From the NCBI GenBank assembly GCA_964252035.1, contig OZ176211.1: a stretch of DNA of 64,000 bases; one strand, written 5' to 3'. Within the stretch, counting starts at the first letter, position 1; each line of letters begins with the position of its first letter. Positions 10,615-21,953 of the stretch are shown here, piece after piece. Origin of the DNA: Podarcis erhardii (taxonomy: Eukaryota). Under the pieces are notes generated by a model. The model did no database searches. It saw only the letters and a program-made list of their open reading frames with translations, and was not told where the DNA came from. Both the position numbers and the translations under genes were made by a program.

Positions 10615-13340
10615 GTTGTCCAAAGCCGTATCAACCTTTTCACTTTTTTGAAATATTCTCAGGTATACTGTACCTGGCATTCTCCTACAAGAAAACAAGC
10701 TGCCCCGTGGTCTAATACCAGCTATTATAAACGCTGGAAATAATTGATGCAGAGAAATCACTTTAAATAGCAGGAATTAGCACTGTCATCCTATGCACAC
10801 ACTCCCCCGGAAGCAAGTCCCATTGAAGTGAATGGGGCCTACTTCTGAGTAGGCATGCATGAGATCGTGCCGCAGGTTACATTCTGAGATATGTGCAAAG
10901 TTCAAACTCTCCATTCTGTGTAGAAAACCTTTTGAGCCTCGCTCACCGCTTTATTACAATGCTGCTCATTTGGGTGCCTGAAGTGAGCATGCCTCAAAAT
11001 TTCATTTTAACACACAGGCGTGTCCATAAGAATTCATAGGCATTGATTTTAATTTATGTAACCCCATATTTTAGAAAGAAAATTATTTAGCAACAAAAAG
11101 CCACTACTAAGTTTTCCATTATTATAGTATGATCTTTAACATAGTCCATGGGATGTTGTTTGGCATATGCATATTTGGTTAGATTTACAAGATAGATGAG
11201 CAGCTTGATTGAACTTACAGCCAAATCCTATGTATGTCTACTTAGAAGTAAATCCAGCTGAGCTCAGTAGAACTTAATCTCAGGTAATTGTGCATTAGAC
11301 TGCAGCCTTATAATGCAATCCCGTACATATCAACGCAGAATTTAATTTCACTGAGGTTATCCTAGTAAAAAAACACCTCTAGCCTTAGCTGAAACTTACA
11401 AGAATATCTTAGAGAAATGCATTTACAATATATCACTAATATGAAACATTTCAACAATATGCTTCACTTTCCAATTCCAAACTTTCCTTACAGAATATTG
11501 TTTAACATCACCCAGTACTTTGATCTAATTAATTCATTCCCTCCCCCCCAAAAAGATGCAATACAATGTCATTTTAATAATATGACTATAATTATTATGT
11601 CATTTTGTTTCAAGTCCCATTTGAATTTTTTGCTAAGAAAAACAACTTCTAAAATATTGGTATCTTACCTTATAGAACACCAAATCAGCAAGCTTGGGAA
11701 TAAATAGTCTGTAAACAAATATGAACTAGAAAATGCATTCCTAGGTTCGCTGGGGTTTTTGGTTTGTTTTTAAATACTTTTAAGCACAGCTGTCCTTAAA
11801 TAAATAATTAGTCCTGATGCAAATCAGGGAACCCTGCATCTGGATTTTTCATGATCCTTTATTCATGTTTTATTAGTCCAAGTTGAATGCAGAGTGGTTA
11901 GGCATGCAGCCAGGTCTAGCAATCTGGGTGGGAGCATAAACAACTTTAAAGGAACAGCCATTCAGAGAATTTGCTATAGAGTTGGTTGCTGCTTGCTATT
12001 CAGTAAATGAAAGCGGTACTTCTTACAAACAACTTCCATTGGCATTTGTGCCTGTCCCTGCCATGTCTCCAAAGCGCACCCATGCTTATTATTCAATAAT
12101 GCTTCCTGTATGACATAAGAAATCAACCACGATACTATGTGTGCATTACAGTGAATGGCCAAAATTTGGGGAAGGTTATAGATGAGCTTTGAAAACATCT
12201 GGAAACAGGTACACCTCTTTATTCACTACACCTACACACACACACCAGTGAATTCTAGCAGTTGCCTTTATGCCACAGGTGGGGAAGCTTTTCGGTGCCA
12301 TCGGCCAGTCATTATCAGGATTGGGCTGCTACCTGTCAATCACCTGAGGGCACAATGGCTGGGAACTGGCATGCACTGCCAAAAATGGAACAGGTTTTAA
12401 CTCCCACTCATCAGCTGCTGGTGTTAAATCCTGATGTCTTGGTTGTGTGTGCCAATACCAAATTGAAAGCCACACCCCTGTCCATCACCTGATATCACCT
12501 GCCTATGGGTGTGATATCAGCTTAACTGACCTATAGGCCAAACTAGAACCCCTGGCAGATGGGTGTAAGTGGGTGGAGCTATTTTTTGTGCTTAGAAGTG
12601 GAGCATGTCCACCTGCACACCTGTGCAGATTCAGACTGCTCATAAGGTGCTTTGGTGGGCTTCCCAGCCACTCTACTCAGATACACATTATCTTACCTGT
12701 GCATCAATGAATTTCACGACCTACGGAGGTACTTTTTCGCTAGGCTCTCCCTTGGGTTTGGTGTATTCTTCAACAGTTGGTTCAACAATTAGAACTGAAG
12801 GATTCTGCTCCCATGAATTATTTCAAATTATTTCAAAAAGAAACAGAGTTCACAGTGCTTCCAAAAACATATCTACTTCAACATTTTTCACTTCAACAGT
12901 ATAAATTAGGGAGTCATTTTGTAGCTGCTACTTTGGGGAGCCTAAGTCCTTGGCCATCTACTGCAAATCATCCAGGGATCTACGGCTGGACCCAGATCTG
13001 CCCATCCTTGCTATGGACTACATGTATGTAAAGACCTGTACTCACAATCAGGAGAAATCAGGGTCCTGAAGCAGTGGGGAGAGAGCTCTACACACATAGA
13101 ACTGTACACAGTCAATAAACTAGACACATGGAGGTTGTAGGCAGGGGCAGCACCCTACAATCACCCTCCATGCATTCAGTCTAAGGCATGAAACAGGCTG
13201 CACAGTGTCCTGCAAAGGGTAGGGGACAACACCTATCCAACAACCATTTGCAGTTATCAACACATTCTGTTACCACTCCAGTTATTACTAAAGATTTCTT
13301 TCCAAAGGTTTCCTGCTGCAGAAAAAAATAAGCAAATAAT

Positions 13341-13413
13341 CTTCTGGCACCTTAAAGACTAACACACTGATAATGGTAGAAGTTCTCATGGATTAGAGTC
13401 CACTTTATCAGAT
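13341..13413 (-). mobile_element. Old Penelope-like fragment with decayed hammerhead
   Basis: Minus strand atctgataaagtggactctaatccatgagaacttc...gttagtctttaaggtgccagaag shares the gtctttaaggtgc motif with the younger copies. Confidence 0.6.
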
Positions 13414-13639
13414 TTGTTATGCCTCTGTGTGACAAGCACAATAAGTACTACAGACGTGGCACAGCCTGAGTCCATTTAGTCAGAAGCTTCAGTGCCCAAT
13501 AGGATTCACTTCCTCTTCAATAGGTTCAGGATTGCAGCCTAAGACTGCAGTCATAACCCTACTTACTTGGGAGAAAGTCCCACTGAATTTTGAGTAGACA
13601 TAATTAGGATTGCAGTCTTTGTCTGTCTCCCATTCCAGG

Positions 13640-14290
13640 CTGGGTCCCACAGAGATGCTCTGGCTAGGTGTGTGGAAAGGTGCAGGCCCAGCAGCAAATG
13701 ATCAGGACCAGGGACAGCTCATTGTGAAGCTGGATTCAGGAGAGCAGCCAGATACCAAGTTCACTCAGAGCTTGGAGTGTTGCTTTATGCTGTTTAGAGC
13801 CAATTGATGGCAAGCAGTCTTAGAGCAAGATGGCCAATCCTCTACCAGGTCAAGTTCAAGGATTTGGTGCTAACATTTATGACCATAAACAGCTCAGGGG
13901 CAGCTTGATAAAGCACCTTATCTCTGATATGTCCAGTAGGCCTCTGCATTCTGCAAGAGAGTTTCTCCTCCCAATACCTAAAATATCAGAAGTCCACTCC
14001 ACAGCAACATGGAGCAAAGCTCTCAGTGTGTATACCCCTGTTGTGTGGAACAGGATTCCTGTTGAGATATGACAGACATCCACTATTTGTACTTTCCCCA
14101 AACAACTGAACACACTTTTGTTTCAACAGGCGTTTCCAACTGGATGAAAATGACTCTGGATTGCATGTTATCTTGTTTTGGTTGTAAACTGATCTTCTAT
14201 TATTTTTGGTACGGTTTTCTAAACTTTTTAAAGTTTTTTTTTAATTGTGTTTGTAAATTGTCTTCACACACTTGTAGAAAGTAATTCATA
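13640..14290 (+). mobile_element. Degenerate L2 fragment
   Basis: Remnants of L2 ORF2 motifs (TEMLWLG; KALSVYTPVVWNRIP). Boundaries approximate. Confidence 0.5.
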
Positions 14291-15657
14291 AAATGATCAC
14301 TATCATTCTGATCATCATCCTAGCTTCCCTGGAGAAAGCTGGCATTCTGTTACACAGCCGTGTGCTTCAGTGGACTGGAATGCACACAGTGGGCCTCCCT
14401 TTGTAGTAGCTGGTCCTCCTGGGCTGTTGGTGGTTCTGGGAATGCGTCTTCAAAGTCCACTTAGACAGACCTATTTCCTCAGGAGCAGGGGATGAAGGCT
14501 CCACTCACTATTCTCCACTCACTATTGTAAATGTAAATGTAATTGTAACTTCTTTTCTTTGAGATCAATATGTCTCTACGTTTCTCTAAAGCCACAGCAG
14601 GCGATGCAACCTTCCAGCAGTTTGACTTCACCCCAAAAGTTGCACTCTTCCATTGTCTCCTGAGACAGATGGATGCCAGCAACTTCGTTTCTTTGAGATC
14701 AGCATGGCAACTGTTGCCTCTGAATACCTTACAAAGAAAATAAAGACTCAGTCGTGTAAAGTCCAGGAAGTGCACTTACGAGCTCCAGCATTTCCCAAAC
14801 CAAGTAATTTGAGCAGACTAACATATGCTGCTGTAAGGGTACGAATTATTTCAAGCTATACAGAAAATCTAATCAGAAATGAACCAGTTTGCCACCTTTG
14901 GGGACCTATATGATTGGACCAATCATTGTGTCACTATGTTTATTAATTCAGAATTATCTGAAATAAATTTATTGTCAAGTTTATCATATAGTTCTTTCTT
15001 TGTGTCATTAGCAGTTTATTATTAGCATTCTTATCTTTCATAGCATTCATGAAAATCACATGACAGGTCCATTGAACCTTTGCCAGCCTTGCCTTGGGCT
15101 CTTGGGAGCTGGAATCCAACAACATTTGGAAAACTATAGGTTAGCCACCCCTGGTCTATAGGAAAGTTAGTAGTTCTTTTCTCATTTGGTAGTTGTTATG
15201 TAACAACTTCAGGCTGGTCTCCAGACTGTCTGGGAAATGTTGCTTCCATTAGCTTCTTTTCATGGATATGTTCTTGGAAACCTGGCAGACCCTGAATGTG
15301 TGGGAATGTTGGGAAAACGTTGATGTGGAGACTGGCTGGATGCTGCCTCACAGCTTCTAAAACATTTTCCTCTTATACTATAGTTCACTTTTCCTGAAAA
15401 CCTAAAAAGAGAGATTAAACAAATCCACCAACATTCACATATCTTGGTCTGTTATTTTCTAAAATGGGAATAACTTAGGATCAAATTTGGGATCGACTAT
15501 CACATACACAGAAATTAAGGATTAACTACTGCCTATTAACTACTTTGATTGTGAGATAACTGCATATCTAAAGAGTAAGTAATAGATTAAAATAGATGGC
15601 ATTGTACTCTGTGGTTGTTGGATTGCAATTAGAGGGAAGCAGCTATTCTAGATTTAC

Positions 15658-16692
15658 CCGTATTTTTCCCTCTATAACATGCAGATTTTTTCTCCTAAAA
15701 AGTAAGGGGAAATGTCTGTGCGTGTTATAGAGCGAATGTGTGGTCCCTGGAGCCGTTTGTCCCAAGTGCATGGCAAAAATCAGGCAAAAATCATATTGTG
15801 CCGTCACGGAGGAGAGAAGGCTGCTGCTTTCCTGCATTTTGCCTCAGGGTCTTACTGCCCACCCTGTTCTGTTTCAGTTGCTGTTTGCTCAGACGGAACA
15901 AAGAGCAGTGAAATCCCCTCCCCTCCAGGCAACCCCTCCCCTCCAGGCAAGTAGAGAGGAAAGCAGAGCGTCCGCTCCGGTGCTGCTGCTGCTGCTGCTG
16001 CGTCTGGGGACTCGGCAGGCAGTGGAAAACATGCAGATGAGAGAGAGAGGGGGGGGGCTGGCTTGAGTGGGTGGGTGGACTTTTGCCTTCCTTTCCCCCC
16101 CCCCTTTAAACCCCTCTCCTGCATTCTTAGCCAGCTGCTTCTCCGCACACCCCTCTCGTGCTCCTTGTCCCTTCTATATTTTTCCTTCCCTCCCCACTTA
16201 AAACGTGGTTACAAAGAACGGATCCACATGGATCCTCAGGATCTTTGCATTGGGTCATCCCAAATTCACCATCAGATCACATAGCAATGATCTGATGCAA
16301 AAACAGGGCTGCAATGGTGCAAAAACATGGTTACAAAGCATGGATCCACATGGATCCTCAGGATCTTTGCATTGGGTCACCTCAAATTCACCATCAGATC
16401 ACATAGCATGTCCATGGCTACAGCCTGCCCCCCAAAAATCACACACCCACTGTTGCCTGGGGCTGCAATGGTGCAAAAACGTGGTTACAAAGCATGGATC
16501 CACAGGGATTCTCAGGATTTTTGCATTGGGTCACCCCAAATTCACCATCAGATCACATGTCTGTGGCCACAGCATGAAGCACAAAAATGATACATCCACT
16601 GTTTCATTCAGAATGTTTTTTCCCTTGTTTTCCTCCTCTAAAAACGATGTGCGTGTTATGGTCAGGTGCGTGTTATAGAGCGAAAAATACGG
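15658..16692. mobile_element. Non-autonomous Tc1/mariner element of Tc2/MER104-like terminal architecture (~1.03 kb)
   Basis: 25-bp TIRs ccgtatttttccctctataacatgc / gcgtgttatagagcgaaaaatacgg (2 mismatches), TA at the flanks, and a subterminal inverted TIR copy at ~15720-15736. Confidence 0.75.
16200..16560. repeat. Three ~85-bp internal direct repeats inside the Tc2-like element
   Basis: aaaacgtggttacaaag...ggatc...gcattgggtca..ccaaattcaccatcagatcacat at ~16200, ~16321 and ~16476. Confidence 0.85.
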
Positions 16693-18171
16693 TATATTTT
16701 CATATTTTATATAGATATAGTTGTTCTTTTAAAAAATGCAGTTGTTTTCAGCTGTTTCCATAATAACTACATACCATACCAACTACATACCATAGTTGCC
16801 TTTGACTGGACTTAACCATCCAGGGGTCCTTTACCTTTTTTTACCTTTACATATGTACAGTAATTATGTTGTGAATCACTTTGAGAACATTAATTTCAGA
16901 TGTACCTTAGTAAGCAATTCAGAAATTCAGAAATGAATGAATAAAAACTATAGCTTTTCAGCAAACAGGAAAAAGCTTCAGCTGTAGTCCAGCAAAGTTT
17001 TTGCTTTAGACAAGCTGAACAGATACAAGATACCTGTGTGGTATTTAGTTTCAATCTGGGACCAATTTGTTGCCTGTTCACAAAACCGAACAAGGTTCCC
17101 AGGAGTACCCAACAGGGTGCCCTCCAGATGTTGCTGGATGACAACTCCTATAATCCATGACCATTGACCATGCTGGCTGCGGAAGATGGGTGTTGGGAGT
17201 CTAACAACATCTGGAGGATGCTATGTTGGTGCCCACCATCCGAGATCAGTTCCATTGCCAGAGTCAACTCTTCGCAAAGTGTATTTCCCACACAACTGCT
17301 AGCCCCTCAAAGATCTGTGATGAAGCAATAGAGAGTTACTCTATATGTAGCTTTCAGGCAGACTTGAGTCGCAGTATTTTATTGTATCTTTAATCATTAA
17401 GCAGTTCGTATTTCACACTAAATAAACTGACATGAAGTGTGTCGACAGTTTTGTACTTTTGTTAATATCCATTGCCTGTTTGACAGCACTGAATGTGGGG
17501 CTCACTCTTCTCAGTCCTTGGTTTTGCGAAAGAAAGAAAGATGATTTGAGCTCCACCTTGTGGGTCTCAAGAGCACATCATTTAATTCAGGTCCTGTTAA
17601 ATAGCTGTTTCTGCAACCTTTACAAGACTAATGAATGTTGTAATCTTCCTCTCATATGCTATTACTTTTTTGTCTGTAAACTGCTCAAAGTTGGGATGAC
17701 CAGATTGGTAAAGAGGCACAGTCAGGTGCATTTTTAATAGTTGTGTAGAAGAGGGAATTTCAGTAAGCATAACTTGCATGGCCTGCTGAAACTGAGTTTT
17801 CAGCACAACTTTCAAAGTGCAGGTGACCTATCCTCTTTTTCATCCGGCAACCCTATTCAAAGGGTTTATTACTGCAAGGTATCAGAAATAGGATTTGTGG
17901 CTTCAACAAATTCTGCCTGATTTACAGAGCAATCCTATGTGTTTCTATTTGCGGGGAAGGGGGAGTTCAATCCAGTTTCTCATTAGGTAAGTGGGAACAG
18001 GATTGTACCCTTAAAAGTGGCTTGAAGGAAGAGGATCTTTCAGATTTTTTTCTTTCCTCACTGCGCCAGTATAGCAGTGCTATGTTGGTGTTGACATAGC
18101 AACTGGTTCTTCCAAAAATATTGTCTGCTACTGTCTACCAGAGCAGCACAGTGATGTCACATATATAGCTC

Positions 18172-18905
18172 AACTGGTAGAGCCTGAGACATTCCTCCAC
18201 ATGTGGTGGGAATGCCCTAAAATTCAACCCTTCTGGACAGCAGTCCTACAAGAGATATGCAAAATAACTAAACAGGTATTAGAACTCATTCCAGAACTGG
18301 CCCTGCTGAACATCTTCCAAGTTCATAATGACCACTCACATTATACAGAGCTTATAACCCACCTACTCTCAGCAACCAGAAGCCTCATAGCCAGACAGTG
18401 GAGAGACCTGTCAGGAGTAGACATGGACCAATGGTATCCAATTGTATGGGAAATGGCCTTACTAGAAAAACTAACCAATAAACTGAAGCTGAGACGGGGA
18501 CAAATAGAAGAGGATGCCTTCACCCCAGTATGGCTCCCTTTTATCACATACACAGCCCAACAAGACAAGAATCCACCATCAGCATACAAATCAATCTGGC
18601 TTATCTGACCCAACAAGCCCTCTCCCCCCCTCCCCACAAATGCACACAAACCCCACTGCAGCCAACCAACCACACCCTGCCCTCCAATACCTCATGGCCA
18701 AGGCAATGTAATAAATGAATAGAAAGGGAACCTACCCAATCAACGCTGATACAAAACCCCACAAGTACACTATACAAAAGAATATAAGGCTCACCACCCC
18801 AAGCCTTCCTCTCCCCCCTCTTGTTCACCAACCCTATACTGTACACAACACTAATGTCTAACAATAAATGTAACTGATTTGTAAGGAAGACTGTACAACC
18901 TGAAA
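18172..18905 (+). mobile_element. L1-clade LINE 3' fragment (ORF2 C-terminus plus 3' UTR)
   Basis: FLHMWWECPKIQPFW...LLSATRSLIARQW...W.PFITY matches the cysteine-rich C-terminal region of L1 ORF2. Confidence 0.85.
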
Positions 18906-18908
18906 AAG

Positions 18909-19217
18909 TTACAGATAGGTAGCCGTGTTGGTCTGCCATGGTCAAAACAAAATAAAAAAATTCCTTCCAGTAGCACCTTAAAGACCAACTGAGTTAGTTC
19001 TAGGTATGAGCTTTCGTGTGCATGCACACTTCTTCAGATACACTGAAACAGAAGTCACCGGACCTTTCTATATAGTGAGAAGGTGGGGAGGGGTATTACT
19101 CAGAAGGGTGGTGGGAATGGGTGATTGGCAGATAGCTGCGATGAGCCTGTTGACGACTCTTAACGACTGCAATAGGTCTGACAGGAAAAAGCAAGGGGTG
19201 AGAAGGTGAAAAATGGC
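18909..19217 (-). mobile_element. Penelope-like element (PLE) terminal fragment, copy 1
   Basis: Near-identical reverse complement of 44186-44490 with the same end points. Contains a hammerhead and the gtctttaaggtgctact motif. Confidence 0.8.
19004..19041 (-). ncRNA. Minimal type I hammerhead ribozyme motif
   Basis: Minus strand GTAT CTGAAGA A GTGTGC AT GCACAC GAAA GC TC ATAC: helix I GTAT/ATAC, intact core, 6-bp helix II, palindromic AGCU helix III, CUC cleavage triplet. Confidence 0.8.
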
Positions 19218-19629
19218 ATAATAAAATAAATAAACTGGCAGAGCCTGATCCCCTCAATCTCAGAGTGGTGGGCTCAAGCCTTCCACTTGCAAAGGGGGAG
19301 CTTTGAAAGAAGGCCAGATTTAGGTTTGATGAGGCCCTAAGCTCCTGAAGGTAATGGGGTCCTTTATATGTCCAGCTGTCCTTTGTCAACAACAAATTGT
19401 CGCTGTTTTTCTGTGTTGAATATATGCTATATGGTAATTTATGGACCTAGTAGGCACCTAAAGCCATTTGCACATAACAAAATAACACAAAACACTGTTG
19501 CTGTATGCTGGTTTTATTTTATTTGTTTTTTATCTTATATTTTGGAAATGTACATCCAGGTTTTTTCCCTTAAATTTTTTGGGGAGGCCCTCAGCTGCAG
19601 CTGGTTCAGCTTATACGTAAATCCGGCAC

Positions 19630-20260
19630 TGTTTGAAGGTGATGTTCAGGCGGGCTGGCGGGCAGCTTAGCCTCGTGGAATCCCGGGCAGTCTGCGCAAC
19701 CTCCTTGCCACGTAAGGGCAGCCGCTTATCAACCCTTCCGCGCTCGAAGAACCGAATCCCAGGAAAGCCACACCCATCCATTCTACATAAGGCCTCCTCC
19801 TCCGACTCGCCCCCACCTCACCGGATGTATTCCCCGCTCGCACCGGAAGCGGAAGTCTCCCTGAAGACGGAAGTGGAAACGGCGACTCCCCCCCCCCCCC
19901 AATTATCTTATACCTTCACTGGTTCGCTTCATTTTGACTGCGCAACTCCGGGACCCCAGGAGAGGAGGGGTTGCAGGGTGAGTCCCTCCCGCGAGACAGC
20001 TCCGGTTTGGGCGGTGGCGGACTCGGCCTCTCTTTCCTCTGGGGCCGCAGGGGCGGCAGTGCTCAGCATCCTGCAGAATTGGGGTGGGGTCTTTGAGGAC
20101 GGGGCGGCCTCTGCGCGCCTTCGCGGTGCTGCGCCCTTTTGAGTTCAAGGCGGGTACGACAGGCCCATTCGCGCTTCAGACGACGGGTGGGGACGCGGGG
20201 CGGGTGTGCAAACTGCGTATTGAGAATCACGGGCTTTGCAGGATGTATCGACCGCGCGTG
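19630..20260 (+). promoter_or_regulatory. MIOS: MIOS CpG-island promoter with tandem ETS/GABP sites
   Basis: CpG-rich region. CCGGAAGCGGAAGT at 19843-19856, a further CGGAAGT at ~19868, GC boxes. Confidence 0.8.
19860..19977 (+). other. MIOS: Probable MIOS non-coding first exon (start approximate)
   Basis: Strong donor CAGG|GTGAGT at 19978-19983 inside the CpG island, upstream of the acceptor at 20648. Confidence 0.55.
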
Positions 20261-20656
20261 CGAACGATCCCAAGTAAAACTTTATTATTATTATTTTACT
20301 TAAAACCTAGGTAAAACTGCAGAAAAATTTAAGTGGGTTATATAGTGCAATCTTAACCATTTCTCCTCAGAAACTGGTCCCACTGAATTCATTGGGGCTT
20401 TGTGGCAGGTAAGTGGGGTTGGGATTGGAGTCTTAGTCTCCCGTCGCACGATTCCCCCCGAAAGCATTTGGGAACGAGAAATTTGAATGTTATTAAGAAA
20501 TTCTCATTTAGATCTGGAAGACATTCACGGCCTTGTCGTGCTAAAATATTCTTTTTTCTTTTCTTTTTTGAAAAAAAACAGTGTCCATATGAACGAACAC
20601 AGTTCTAGTCTTCCAACAACACTTTAAACTACTTACATCAATTTGCAGCGGCAGAC

Positions 20657-21953
20657 ATGAGTGGCTCCAAACCTGATATTCTGTGGGCCCCACACCACGT
20701 TGATAGATTTGTTGTCTGTGACTCAGAGCTCAGCCTCTACCACATTGAATCTGCTGTCAGTTCTGAACTCAAAGCAGGATCACTGCGTTTATCTGAAGAA
20801 ACTACAGCTACCCTTTTGTCCATTAATTCAGACACTCCGTATCTGAAATGTGTGGCTTGGTATCCTAAATATGATCCTGAATGTCTCCTGGCAGTTGGGC
20901 AGGCCAATGGCCGAGTTGTCCTTACCAGCCTTGGCCAAGATCATAACTCAAAATCCAAGGATCTGATAGGAAAGGAATTTGTTCCAAAGCATGCTCGGCA
21001 GTGTAACACTCTGGCATGGAATCCACTGGACAGCAATTGGCTTGCTGCAGGCCTAGATAAACATCGGGCTGATTTTTCAGTACTGATCTGGGACATAAGT
21101 AGTAAATACACTCCAGAAACTCCAGTTGCTGCTGAGAAAGTAAGGCTTTCATCTGGAGACACTGAAGCAGGACTTGTTGTGACAAAACCACTTTATGAAT
21201 TAGGCCAGAACGATGCTTGCCTTTCTCTCTGTTGGCTTCCACGGGATCAGAAACTTCTTTTAGCTGGAATGCACCGAAACCTGGCTATCTTTGACCTTAG
21301 GAATACAAGCCAAAAGATGTTTGTGAATACGAAGGCTGTTCAGGGCGTAACGGTTGACCCCTACTTCCATGATCGTGTGGCTTCCTTCTATGAAGGTCAG
21401 GTTGCTATATGGGACCTTAGAAAATTTGAAAAGCCTGTATTGACCCTGACTGAACAACCAAAACCTCTAACTAAAGTAGCATGGTGTCCGACGAGAACTG
21501 GATTGCTAGCTACTTTGACTAGGGATAGTAACATAATCAAGCTCTACGATATGCAGCACACTCCTACACCTATTGGCGATGAAACTGAGCCTACAATCAT
21601 TGAAAGAAGTGTGCAGCCCTGTGAACACTATATTGCTTCCTTTGCATGGCATCCCACTAATCAAAATCGAATGGTGGTTGTGACTCCAAACAGGACTATG
21701 TCTGACTTCACTGTGTTTGAAAGGATCTCTCTGGCATGGAGCCCCATTACCTCTTTAATGTGGGCATGTGGGAGGCACTTGTATGAGTGCACAGAAGATG
21801 GAAAGGCTAATTCTTTGGAAAAAGACATAGCCACTAAAATGCGTCTTAGAGCTTTATCCAGGTACGGCCTTGACACGGAACAGGTCTGGAGAAACCATGT
21901 GCTAGCGGGAAATGAAGACCCACAACTGAAGTCACTTTGGTACACTCTGCACT
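20657..21953 (+). CDS. MIOS: MIOS (GATOR2 complex subunit, WD40 repeats) coding exon 1, 1297 nt
   Basis: [29 protein letters not shown]...KSLWYTLH is near-identical to recalled human MIOS. Ends at a U12-type donor ATATCCTTT. Confidence 0.98.

Noticed and set aside
16205-16678. 157-aa ORF with an internal repeat
   Set aside because: It derives from the three direct repeats inside the Tc2-like MITE and shows no transposase motifs.
19633-20314. 169-aa and neighbouring ORFs at the MIOS promoter
   Set aside because: CpG-island artefacts with low-complexity Pro/Ala/Arg composition.
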